Shown: positions 51,233 through 63,075, numbered from the whole stretch's first letter. The stretch is DNA of 63,142 bases, filler included, from Sphacelaria rigidula (GCA_964200075.2; 6 parts of 6 records of this genome joined end to end with filler, not necessarily neighbours in it), one strand, 5' to 3'. Translations and numbers: made by a program. Notes: generated by a model not told the origin, from the letters alone.

Positions 51233-51314
51233 TAGAGTAAACTGACACATCAACCGCTGAGTTAGCAGGCGACAGAGATAATTACTGCAGCAGGTTCGTT
51301 AGAGGGAGGGGGGG

Positions 51315-52275
51315 GACGTACTCATTTGTTGCTCATCTTAGTCGTTTGGCCATTGACCACGCATCCCTTTCGAGACGGAGCACCGTTTTTACTCCTAATA
51401 GAGCCACCTTCAACATTCCGGCGCTCATTACGTTTCTTCCATACATTACACAAAACCTTTTACATATCTCGTCCCCGTCCTGTTTTGCCGTCGCTGGCCA
51501 CCATCTATCTCCTAGTATAGCCAATGTTTTCTCCCTACTGTCTAATGCATCAATACATTTCATGCCACCTTCGTTCACGTCCCGCACTTCCCCCTCTAGC
51601 ACGTCCCGTTCCTCCTCGTATACCTCACATTCCGCCACTATATGACTTCTGCTCTCCATTCCTTTGCCACAGAGGCAGTTCTCTCTATCTACTACCTCCT
51701 CCGTTCTACGACTGGTGTATGTCTTCCTTCATTCTGGCAGGCCCAGGTCTCCCACCCGAGATCGCAGTTTCATATTTTTCGCAACGTCCATGGGGCCATG
51801 CAAACATGCTTTCATTCCTATCCGCTCTCTCAAACACCCGCATATCTCCAGGTGTTCTTCCTCGTCCACCTTGCGTCTGAGCGCTCCTTTTCCCCTTATT
51901 TCCATCATGTCTCCTATTTTTGCCTTGTACCCCGCGTCTCCATCTATGGACAGTATTTCGTCTTCGTTTCCTCTTCTCTCCTTCCATAGTTTCTCGACTT
52001 CTCTATCCCACCTTACTCCAGCCTGCCCTTTCGTACGTTTCTTCCATGCAGCCCTATCAACTATAGCTGGCAATCTCTTTCTCTGCATGGTCCTTACGCT
52101 CTATTGCCATCGCGATTTCCTCATGTCTCTGTTTGTTATGAGTGAGTACGTTCCCAACTCTGCTCTCAAAATTGTATTGCTCATCGTTTTCGAGCATTCA
52201 AGTATCTTCTTAGCTGCTGCCATCTGTACTGTTTTCAACCTCTGCACCAACTTCACGTTCCCCCCCCATACTTGA
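51315..52275 (-). mobile_element. 5'-truncated LINE (post-RT region and C-terminal Cys/His knuckle)
   Basis: VQMAAAKKILECSKTMSNTILRAELG, RLPAIV, KNMKLRSRVGDLGL and ESRSHIVAECEVYEEER motifs across frameshifts. Confidence 0.85.
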
Positions 52276-52602
52276 ATGAGAAGCGTAGTCTTGATACGTG
52301 TTCTTGCAGCGCGGGGCACGGCTGAAGCAAAGGAAGGCGAATTGTAGTCTGAAGATGCACAGAAGTCTACAGTACCGAGGACGCTAGTATGGTTTATCCA
52401 CCCATCCGATTTACGTGACACACGACGCGCATGCGATCATTCTGTTCTGTGCACCTCGAATCGGGGTCACAGCCATGAACCATCCATTTATGTGAGCGAT
52501 ACTCCTCAGCGAATAAACGATTGGTGACGAAAGCCTACACCAGGAAGATGGTGATGTGGAGGTGGGCAGCACATGCCGATCCATCACGTTTTCAGAGTAC
52601 TG

Positions 52603-52702
52603 NNNNNNNNNNNNNNNNNNNNNNNNNNNNNNNNNNNNNNNNNNNNTTAATTAATTAANNNNNNNNNNNNNNNNNNNNNNNNNNNNNNNNNNNNNNNNNN
52701 NN
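52603..52702. other. Artificial scaffold spacer
   Basis: 100-nt N/TTAATTAATTAA spacer. Confidence 0.98.
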
Positions 52703-53911
52703 AAAAGCTCATTGGTCCCAGTGCGGTATAGATAAGTGCCTTATTTACCAAGACCTTTTCGTTTCGAGTGTGGTGTCAAAACCTACTTGGTTCTAGAATA
52801 GTGTACATCAGGCTGATCGGAGCGAAATAGACCAACCGATGCCTCCGGACCTGAAACGTTAAGAAGATCACATTCGCCATTGGAAGGCCGTCGTTACCGT
52901 TGCGCACAAGGCATTTCTATTTCGGTAGATGAGCGCGAATTCCTCGTGTGGCAAATATTCAGTCAAACAGGCCCAACGGAGGCAAATACCGAAGACCGAA
53001 TCAAGGGAGACCTTCGAACAGTAGATGCACGCACTCTCTCTGTCGGAGTTTGAGGTTCCAAATGTCAAACCTTGAGTGACCAATGCAAGACATGTACATA
53101 TCCCAAGGGCTTTGAGATCCCTTCCATGTGGGAAGATGCTCCCCTCGATGTTCGTTTCGGCTGTAACTTTCCGACGGCGACGAGGTGGGTATCGAAAGAG
53201 GCATCACTGTCATCGCGTTCGGTTGGCCTCAGCGACGTGTACGCGTGATTTGAGGACAATTAAGCCACACGTGGTATGCGTTGCGTATGGTTCGGAACAC
53301 ACATCCCTAGCTGCCGCTGTCGGGCTGTGTGTGGTATGCTTGCATAGTGTTCGATGATGGGAGTCCTCGAATGACCGACCAGAGCGCGCGGTGCACTCCG
53401 GAGTACCCGTACGGTTGCAGGAAATCTCATTTTGTGCCGCCTTTGCACGTGGTCGTGTGGGTGTTTACCCCACAGTCTGTTTTCGGTCTACCTCGCCGGC
53501 ACCAACCTGCATCAATGGATGGGTGTTTTTCGTCGCAAGTCAGCACCCTCATTCAGCCTGGTCCCACGAGCCCGTTGTCTTCAACTCGTTTGGTATTGAG
53601 ATGTTGTTGAGCTTCATGTGCTTTCGAAACCAGTCGCCTTCAAAATGGAACAAATAACTGCTGGGTTCTAGTGTGATCTGTTCGAACAAACTTGCGGGTG
53701 TCCAACAGTCGAACTTCTCCCTCGTCGGGGACACGGCGGGATCTGGCTGAGGTACCGTGTTGTAGGAACCACTTGGCCAGACTCGCCGTACTCTTATCAA
53801 ATGAATTGCATGTCTGAAGACAGATTAGAATTTACCTTTCGAGCGTTCATTGGTCCATCGGAAGGTCTATCGCTTTCACACCCGCGCTCACACCGGAAAC
53901 AAAATCCACAG

Positions 53912-54472
53912 GCCGTGCCAAGCACAAAGAGACGTGCTGCGGCGGAGGCGGGCGACGCGAGGGCGGGAGACAGGTCTGATATGGATGAAGTGTGTGGACT
54001 TTTTTCGCGGCTGACCCTTGGTTCCGCGGAGGCGGCGGCGCCAAAAGCAACAGGAGTCGACGACGTGCGCCGATTGCTTCCGCGGCTGGTCCTCGGCTCC
54101 GCGCAGGCGTCGGCGGCTGGGGGCAAGGCGGGCATCTACCGGCAGGGACAGCGCCGGGCCAAGGCGCCTGCGACGGCATGTGCGACCACCGAGGGCGGCA
54201 AAAAACGACGCGCGCCCCAGACGCTCAGTGCTGGCGGAGATGGTCTTGACGGCGGGGGAAGCAGGAAGCGACCCTCGCTCTCTCGGGCGGTAGCCGCGAC
54301 GGCGAGTTCGTTCGCTGACGGCAAAAGTAAGAAGCGGCTCCCGCCAGCAACAGCCGCCCATGTTGGACAGGGCCAAGGATATGTTGGAGGTGGAGGTGGA
54401 GGAGGAGCAGGAGGAGCAGGAGGAAGTCAAAGGCTGCCCTGGCGACGACGTGCTCCAACAAGGGGCCGTGAG
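53912..54472 (+). CDS. Probable internal exon, Ala/Gly/Arg-rich low-complexity protein (187 aa, phase 0-0)
   Basis: aaaatccacag|GCC acceptor and GAG|gtttgt donor around a GC-rich open frame. Contains the internal repeat DEVCGLFSRLTLGSA / DDVRRLLPRLVLGSA. Confidence 0.6.
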
Positions 54473-55488
54473 GTTTGTTATTCGGTAGTGGCTGAGGTAT
54501 TTCATACGCCTTTTGGTGGTGAATTTTCAGCCATTCAGTTGTGAATAGTTTCACGGTTACTCTCCTTGGCGTTGTTGGGAACAAGAGGGGGCGTATCTCT
54601 CAGTCTCGGCAACCCCTCCGTCGCCCCGATTTGCTTTGGGCAAAAAGTGAAAATCTAAGACATCGGCCAAAGAACTCGAGAGCCCTCTTCAGGCAAGTGC
54701 AGAAGCTGCGGGAGAGACGTAATGCATTTCGATTATGGAAGTTCAGTTGACTGGACTATTTTTCTCGTTCCTCGTTCCTGAGAGGTGTGACTTAGTCTCC
54801 AAGCAACTCCGCAGCTCCGTCGGTGTGGTTTCATTCCAGGTATCATACAACTCCGACTTCGTTGACTCGTGGCAAACTCTTGTCAACGCATCAAGATAGT
54901 GCACATCCTTACTCGGAGTCTAGTAGCACACTCTCAGCACTTGAGAAGGGTGCTTAGGTGAAGAAGTCCGACAAGGTGTATAGTAGCATTTTGATCAGTT
55001 CGTTTAGAGTACCCCTCGCCCCCCTCTCTCCTACCCCCCCTCTTGGACTGGAGCAGAAATTAAGGGTGTGGTATTTTTTGCGCTCGGATACCCTGGTTGG
55101 AATCCGTGATTCTGTCGTGATCGCGAGTATCTTATGTTCAAGGTCGAAACATTGGTGGGTTAACAGAAGACTGCTTTTAACCGAAATGTTTGAAATGCGA
55201 ATGAAAGTATAACGGCAGGACGGTGTGCCAGTGTGGTGTCATGTGTCATATTGCTGAAACTGTGGGATTTGGTTTTGCTCTGTGTCTTGGTCGTTGGGTA
55301 TTTCCTACGAGCGGCGTGTGTAGGATATGTAGATGGTGCGTGGAATGTCGCAAATGTGTGGTAGTGTTGGCTCGTTCAGCGTTCCTCGTGCGCACAGAGT
55401 TCCGTGGTGATGGCAATGCAGTCATGATTCGCGGTTTACAAACGTTGTTTCTCCCATATTCGCGTATATCGTGCCATTCTGAGTTCAG

Positions 55489-55797
55489 GTTGATCGGCAA
55501 CCGATGATCGGACAACCAACCGAAGGAGGAGGGGGATGGGGAGGAGGGCTGGGATGGGGAGGAGGGGCTGGCGGCATACAGCCGTCGCTGCTCCAGGTGC
55601 CTGCTGCACTGCCGACTCCAGCGCCGGCACAGGCGCAGCCACCGCCAGTGCACGTTGGAGGGGGCGTCGGAATCGGGCCCGGTGTGGGCTCCTCCTCTTC
55701 CGGCCAGGGAGGAGGGGGTGGAGCGGCGCGGGGACGCGACGGCGAGAGTGGCGGAAAGGAGGAGGAGGAGCAGGGACAACGCAAGAGGGTCAGGAAG
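55489..55797 (+). CDS. Probable exon, Gly/Pro-rich (103 aa, phase 0-0)
   Basis: gttcag|GTT acceptor and a strong AAG|gtgagt donor; reads VDRQPMIGQPTEGGGG...EEEEQGQRKRVRK. Confidence 0.45.
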
Positions 55798-56510
55798 GTG
55801 AGTCGTGTAATGTTATGTTTGTTTGTTGTTGACACGACACTTTTGGTGGCTGGAATCAAGTAGATGTTGTGGAATGGCAGATGCTGCCATGAGCAGCAAG
55901 CAGGGTTCATGCCGTACAGGGAGTTTATACATGTAATGGTAGTGTGGCAGTAGGCGCTGATGGCCATTGTGCATGTGATGCGGAGACGTGAGGCGGGCCC
56001 CGCCTCAGTGTCAGCGTAGGGTTTTGGATTGAGTGTGAACGCAAGATATTTCTTCCCACTCCTGCAAGATATTCGCCATAGGTCCATTAGCCTGCGACAT
56101 AGCTGCAGACCGACAAATGGGTGGGACTTGGGTGTTGTCGTGACTGCGGTCGTCAGCTTGCGGTATGATGTCAAGGGATAAGTGACCAATAGTATTGTTG
56201 CCGTCATGTTTGTGCAGCAGCACGCCAACTCATTCTTGAATCTTCAGTGCTGGTATGTATCTCAGTATATCCCCACTTCCTCTTTACCGTCAATCGTCGA
56301 GCAGGGCGGTTGAGCGAAAGACGGCGAAGGATGGCGAGTTCGGCGGCGGTGGTGAATGGGTCGCCCAGCGCTAGGAGTTACGTGGTTTGCATAGTATATT
56401 GTGAAGGGTGGGAGGTGCGGGGGGAGGATATGACGTGTTGAGCTTTTCGAGCTTCCAAGAGTACATTTTCATTACTTAGGCTTAGCTATCATGCTTGAGA
56501 TGCTTCCTCC

Positions 56511-57128
56511 GCGTGGTTTTTCTCTAGATCGGCATGTGGCTACACTGCCTCTCGTCTCGGGACGATGGCTTGACCGACGTGACTTGATCGCACGGGGTGG
56601 GTCGAGCGAAGACGGGGGCGGGAAGGTCGATTCGTTTTCTACGCGTGGTATGTCTGTAGATTGGCATGTGGCTACACTGCCCCTGACTTCGGGACGATGG
56701 CTCGGCCGACGTGACTTGATCACACGGGGTGGGCCGAGCGAAGACGGGGGCGAGTAGGTCGATAGGTTTTCTCTGCGTGGTTTCTCTCTAGATCGGCATG
56801 TTGCTACACTGCCCCTGTCTTCGGGACGATGGCTTGGCCGACGTGACTTGATCGCACGGGGTGGGCCGAGCAAAGGCGTGGGTGGGTAGGTCGATTCGTT
56901 TTCTCCGCGTGGTATGTCTGTAGATTGGCATGTGGCTACACTGCCCCTGTCTTCGGGACGATGGCTCGGCCGACGTGACTTGATCACACGGGGTGGGCCG
57001 AGCGAAGACGGGGGTGGGTATGTCGGTTCGTTTTCTCTGCGTGGCCTTTCTCTGGATTGGCATGTGGCTACACTGCCCCTGTCTTCGGGACGATAGCTTG
57101 GCCGACGTGACTTAATCGCACGGGGTGG
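56511..57128. repeat. 132-bp tandem array (~4.7 units) with alternating A/B variants
   Basis: GCGTGG anchors at 56511, 56643, 56775, 56907 and 57039. The minus frame is open through the array as a 44-aa repeat (PPRAIKSRRPSHRPEDRGSVATC..). Confidence 0.95.
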
Positions 57129-57179
57129 GGGTGGCGACTGGTTCGGGTGCGTTCAGTTTGGGTGGGTATGCGAAGGACT

Positions 57180-59560
57180 ATGGAGCCATGGCGCGATTGT
57201 GTTGCTCCCAGCCGACCAACTCATCGTTGCCCACGTGTAGCTTCGATGCCGGGAGATTATGCAACAGAAAGCGTGTGCGTCTAGGCTAAAGATGAGCTTT
57301 GATCAGCTAATTAGCAGTGACTTTAGCAAGCCGTCATTTATACCGTACCGCCATCATCCCCCAAAGCTACTTGACTGTTACTTTGCACTGAGTCTTGGCC
57401 GTGGTGCGCGGTTGCATGTGCTGTATAGTATTGGTGTCATTAGTTGCAAATAACGGAGGGTTCCTTGTTAGCACTGGAAGTGCGTAGCGTTCGATATATC
57501 GCTAGTTTTCTTTTTCCACCTCATTTGAGCAATTCAAGTGTGTGTAGGTATGAGAAAAAGCTGATATTTGTGTGAAGAAGAACACGAGTGCAGGGTTTTC
57601 CGTCATTATGGAGGCACAGCATGTCGATTTCGATCCAGTATTGGGGCGTCTTAATACCTGCATGCGGCGATCTTTCACATTGCGCGCATCCCCCCTCCTA
57701 TGTGAACCCTGTAGTACAGAGGGCTTGAGAGACCCGAATATTGTAGACGGGTTCAGATAGAGTGTCTTCCAAAATCGTGGAGGATGCCCCACATTATGTT
57801 GTGTGTGCATTTCAGCGTGTCGGATCCTTCCTTGAGGTATATTTTTTGCCATGTGTCGAATTCAGTAGCTTTTGTAGGTAACAACGTATACATGCCGGAG
57901 CATGGGCGTATTTCGGGTCGTGATATTTTGAGTAGCCCGAAAGTCGCGGTCGAAAATATGAATAGTGGTGGAGCACCGGTGCGACGGTTTGTTTTTCGTG
58001 TAGTTTATCGTGGCCAGGCGTTGAGTGAGTGTAGTACCTTCCATGTAGCGGCCTTGGAACGACGCTTCACGGACATCCCCATCATGGTCGGGATAGTGTG
58101 TCTTCTGGTATACTCAGGGAGGTTTAGAGGTTTGTAAATCTCAGCATGCGTTCCCCATGTGCGTCGGGCCTTAATCCCATAGCCCGACATGCACGTTGAG
58201 CTTGTTGTGCCAGCCCTACCGTTAAAATTATATTTTGTAGGCAGGGAAGATTGTGAAAAGTGGGTAATGACCGTCTGAACCAACGCTCCATTTATTTCGG
58301 TTTTGTAGACCGTGTGGGGTTATGATTTACAGCACGATCCGGATAATAATCAAAATCTCTACTTGCATGCCCCTCACCGATACTTTGTTCATCGGCTAGT
58401 TCGCTGCTCCTGATGCCGGGAAAAGAGCGAAACGACTCGTTCGTTTTCTGTTCTGAGATGAGTTTTCACGTGCCGTGGTGCTCTCAACTCAAAAGTAGCA
58501 GATGAAAAGTTTTGCCTCGAAAAGCCCATGGCAAGAACTTGAATTGCACATGTGGTAGTGAAAGGCTCCAACGGGTGGAGCATCAGCCCACCACAGATAA
58601 AACCAGAACGTCCTTCGGAATATGGAAGTGATCTCCGCCTCTCGACCACATGCTACTTTATTCATCAGTGACCTGATGATGCGTAAATATATCCACCAAC
58701 GTTTTTCGAATCAAATATTGAAATGAGCCGTATTCTACACGCTGCTTGGAGGTCATCGAACATTTTTTTCTGCGACCTTTATTTCGCGAATTGAATTGCA
58801 AAAGAAGTGGCAGAAAAAGCGTGCTACACCGCAAAAGATGCATGTAACACAGTCAGTAGTGCTGCATGCACAGATCTCGGACAGGGGTTGATCTTGATGG
58901 ATGGATGGATGAAGTTGATTGTCGCACACGAGCGGGTTCGCTACGAATTCAGTCGCGATACAAAAGATAGGCGTCCCCAACTTTGAAATACATAGTGATT
59001 GCAGACTAATCGTCAACAACGGTGAAAAAGCAGCAGGTCAAATTTTAGGTTGTGAGGGTCGAAACAGGGTGAGTTTCCGACATGTTCACGGAGCATTTCC
59101 AGCAAACTTCGGTCTTCATTACTTTGGATTGTACAAGACATTCCCTAACCTCAAAGTAGGTTCGCGTGTTTGGTCTCTTGAAAATAGGCCAAAAATGACA
59201 CCATAGGTGGCGGGGGTATTTCGACTACTCGCGACAACCAGCCGGGAGCGTAAACCAATCCGAAATTGCCAGCCACTTCGTTTGGTGATGTGCCTGGTAG
59301 CTATTAAATTTCCGGGAATTTTTCAGAAACAAACCGACTAAAATAGATATATCCACCACGCAACGCCATCCATGTTCATAGTCCCTCCGCACCGAAGAAC
59401 GGTGGATGACATCAGCCGTCGACCAAGGAGCATCGGCCAATCAGATTTTCTTAGTTGAGTTTTTTTTTGTCCGGTCAGGAAACTGTCCACCACTTTTCCC
59501 TTTCGCTCTGGCAATCTCACTTGCGAAGTTTTCACTTCCATCCCCAGAGACAATGAGCTT
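57180..59560 (-). mobile_element. Highly degenerate Ty3/Gypsy pol remnant (RT-RNase H-integrase, possibly chromodomain)
   Basis: Motif relics in Gypsy order: APWST..GWRCVVD (RT start, ~59430-59350), IFCGVARFFCHF (cf. FLGL..YYRRF, ~58840-58800), ISIFD..YIYAS (RT/RH link), QNFSSATFEL (RNase H), PPRFWKTL...RMQVLR (integrase core, ~57790-57650) and LPASKL..DELVGWE (chromo-like tail). Many stops and frameshifts. Confidence 0.7.
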
Positions 59561-60025
59561 CGTCCTCTCCTACGTGGGATAGTCCTTGCAAGGCGCAGAT
59601 TCTCCTGGAGGTTGTCCTCTCCATTTTCGGCAGGCCGGCCAACCTCTTCAGCCCCTCGTGCGGCCAGCCTCTTCAGGATGACCAGCCTCCTTACGCCCTA
59701 GTGCGGCCAACCGTCCGACCACGGTCCAAATTAAAATGCGTGTTTCGTCCTGTCGGAGAAGGCCCCCCGCGAATCAAAGTTAGCGCTCGCGGGTGGTCGT
59801 CTTCGCACGCGCACATTGGGTCATCTCGAGCACAGCTCTGTACGAAAGAGTCTTGCGAGCGTCCCTCTGGAAGCCAATCGCTCGCAGTAACGAAAGCTCG
59901 TGGGTGGGTAGTGCGCAGGACGGGGATCGGGTAGTCGACATTTTTTCCGTCTCACACGCGGCCATTCGGCTACCCCCAAAAATACTCTGTTCCGGTCAAC
60001 TTTTGGAGCCTATAGAGGAACTAAA

Positions 60026-60283
60026 CGCCTCCAGAGGGTGCGCGACCCTCCAGAGGGGCGGGGATCAAACGCCTCTAGAGGCTTTTTTTGCCTCTGGAGG
60101 GCCGCGCATCCTCCGGAGGAATTTGGAGGATGCGCGGCCCTCCAGAGCACCAACTTCTTCGTTACTCTTGAGGGGTAGACCTTCGAAATCACTGGAGCAT
60201 CAGATGCCCTCCAGAGGATTCGTTTATGAACGCACCTGGGGAAGGAAAACCCTCCAGAGGGTATTTTACCCTCGAGAGGATGA
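60026..60283. repeat. Cluster of palindromic CCTC(C/T)(A/G)GAGG motifs with a perfect 23-bp hairpin
   Basis: About 9 motif copies; hairpin arms at 60092-60114 and 60125-60147. Confidence 0.8.
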
Positions 60284-60737
60284 AAATCGCGATAGAGGAT
60301 TTTCATGGGGGTAGCCGAATGGCCGCGTGTGCTCCCTCAACCCAGAGTATACAGTACTACTAACATTATCACTAACTTTCGTTGGGCGCATGCGTTGCTT
60401 CCGATGTAGCACGTATGTGTATATATATCATCGAACGCAAAGCTGATCCGACATATTTTTTTTGGTTTCATAGTGACCCCCACGAGCAAGCGAATAGTGT
60501 CGTATGGTCAGATTTTTTCTCGCATCCTTTGACATGGCGCTACGAGCTGGGCCAGCCTATTCACGGATTTAAGATCTCAAAGCAATATATCTCATTGACA
60601 CAGACGAGTTGGGCCGTGATCAAGGGCCCAACTCGTCCTATCAATAGTCTAATCAAGGGGAAGCTGCCCATCTGCTGAAAAGTCTTGGCCAATTCTTCTC
60701 TCGTTGATTAAACCTCATGTCTAGTAATAATTCCTAC

Positions 60738-61257
60738 GACACTTTCTACGATAGCCCCCCCCCCAAAAAAAAGTCGCCCCCCCTCCCCCCCTGAAAAAAA
60801 GTGCCTGGTTTGGGGCAAAATCCTGAAGCACGGGGAGACGATATGTACCCTCACCTTCACCTAATTCGTAATATATCTCGAAATATGGCGCACATAAGGT
60901 TTCATACTAAAACCAATATATTACTAGCAGGGGCACTAGATGCTCGAAATCTGGATATCGCGTCTCGGTTTTTGAGCGCTGTGCTATGAAATTTTGTGTG
61001 GAGAACCTCTAGTGCACAATATAAGCAAAAGTGCATGATTGTGGGAGGCAAAATCTCCACGTTAATCGAAAAGGGAAAGCCGAGCATAACGAGCAGCTAG
61101 GAATTCCCACGCTTGGGTTCGTTATCGACAATGCCGCCCATATGAGGCGTTTTTCTCAGCCTGAATCCAAACATCATGGCGCTCTGTGTCCATTTGTTTT
61201 CGTGACACTTTTGGGCTGGGGTTTTTTTTTGGGGGGGGGGCTATCGTAGAAAGTGTC
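60738..61257 (+). mobile_element. Nested MITE (TIR GACACTTTCTACGATAGCCCC) carrying a copy of host-element sequence
   Basis: Termini GACACTTTCTACGATAG / CTATCGTAGAAAGTGTC. Internal ~60822-61020 duplicates ~61352-61550. Confidence 0.8.
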
Positions 61258-61669
61258 CTATATCGTACGGACATAGCGTTCATACTCAAATCTATATGAA
61301 ACCCCGAACGATACATTCAGCAAATGATGGCGATTTTTGGTGTGGACCTTCCCTGAAGCACGGGGAGACGATATTATATACCTTCACCTTCACCTAATTC
61401 GTAATCTATCTCGAGATATGGCGCATATGAGGTTCCATACTAAAACCAATATATTACTAGCAGGGGTACTAGATGCTCTAAATCTGGATATCGCGTCTCA
61501 GTTTTTGAGAGCTGTTCTGAAATTTTGTGTGGAGAACCTCTAGTGCATAATAAAACAAAATAGACAAATTTGTATTCTTTTTTCGCTTTCTTCCCTCATT
61601 TTGTTTCGTGTTTTTAGAGGAGTTGTGAGGAGAAATGAACATTGCTTCTGGGCCTTATTTCAATTGTTT

Positions 61670-61929
61670 GAGTGATGCTACGGTAGGGGTGCACAAATAA
61701 TATGTTCTGAGCTGGGAACTGTTAGGAGCCCTTTCTCTCATGCAAAACGCGACCTATGAAAATATGTGGGAGTACGCCAGGATTACTACTCCAATGTGCT
61801 GGGGATATCTCGAATGAATTTGCAAACGGGAATGTCCTGACCCATATTTTTGTGCATCTTGAATCGTTAGGAGCCCCTGAACTAGACATAATTTCGCGAA
61901 AAAAGTGCACGCCTACCGTAGCATTGCTC
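61670..61929. mobile_element. Nested 260-bp MITE with a 4-bp TSD
   Basis: TIR GAGTGATGCTACGGTAGGGGTGCAC / GTGCACGCCTACCGTAGCATTGCTC; GTTT at 61666-61669 and 61930-61933. Confidence 0.8.
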
Positions 61930-62811
61930 GTTTGGCTCAATTTTTAGAACTGTGATTCGAAACTTAGCATAGGCCTGTTTTTGTTTTGGCGGAGGGCAGA
62001 GGTTCGGGCGATCCCGTAAAAGAAAGGTCATTACCATACTAAATCAACCTAAAACAGCGAAAAAAATAAAAACTGATCCATTTTTCTCTGTTCATCATGA
62101 CCTAGCGAGATCACGCACGAAGTATTTACACACAAACACCAAACATGGACGGGTAAACGGCCTACAAAATATGTTCCGAATCTTCACCAGCTCGGGTTCT
62201 GGAAGGCGAATTACTGTAGCAATTTTCTACTTGGAGTTGGACCCTGAAATTCGGTCTCAAAGATTTTTTTCATGCGTCGAGGGCAACAAAGTGCTCATTT
62301 CGACGACCGTGAATGGTCAGATGGTCATCCCGCGCCTCTCGGGCCTCGTGCACGGCTCATAATTTTCCGCAGGAAACTTCGAAACACACATGGTCGACTC
62401 CATGAGCTACTCTGATGCTCCGCGCAGAGACTCCCGCTCTGGAAACCCCCGGATGTCCCGGGACTGTCAACCTGTACAACTGTTCCGAGGCGACGCTAGC
62501 CGTCTAAGGGTTAAATCACAAAAAACGACTTTGGGACCACGCATTAAAAAAATAACAATGCCGTCTTGGTTGTCCATGCCAATTTTCAGTGTCCAAGTCT
62601 AAGTAGAAATTTGCGAATTGGCCTGCAAACTCCAAATTACGCTTCTAGGCTGGCCCAGCTCGTATTGAAGATGTTGAGATGTTTTTTGGCCAATCAGCGA
62701 CCTTCAAATTATTCTGAAATTAAAAATGCGAATTTCGGACCGCAATAATAATAGTTGGTAATCGCAATTAGCTAGGGAATCTAACGCAACAAAAAAAAAT
62801 TGAAAACGGTT

Positions 62812-63075
62812 TATATGATTGATTTTTGATTGATTGATTGTCGTACTTCAACTGACTCCCCAGGGGTCTAGCCGTGGTCTTATGATAGACGTACCCAACG
62901 AAACGAAGCTGAAACACGCTCGAAGGAAAATAAGAAAAAAAAAGGAACAGAGAAAAAAAAGGAAGAGGGGTCGAGCAGAACGACATAGCAGACTACGTCG
63001 TGACAAAAAAAAAAGTAATAAAAAGTCAACACAAGCAAAGCACAGAAAGAAATGACCGGCCTAAAACAAGAAAAA
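62812..63075 (-). mobile_element. Non-LTR retroelement 3' end with (CAAT)n tail
   Basis: Homologous to 1851-2100. Confidence 0.6.

Larger units (their letters stand above)
60543..62662 (-). mobile_element. Tc1/mariner-like non-autonomous element (reverse orientation) with nested insertions
   Basis: Both TIRs intact with TA flanks; expanded to 2.1 kb partly by 60738-61257 and 61670-61929. Confidence 0.85.

Noticed and set aside
40960..53912. Functional linkage of SPP, EsV-1-7 and the Gypsy region as one system
   Set aside because: They lie on different, artificially concatenated scaffolds.
56511..57128. CRISPR-like periodicity (also 49079-49680 and 60026-60283)
   Set aside because: Whole-unit tandem repeats or short irregular motifs, with no unique spacers and no cas genes, in a eukaryotic context.
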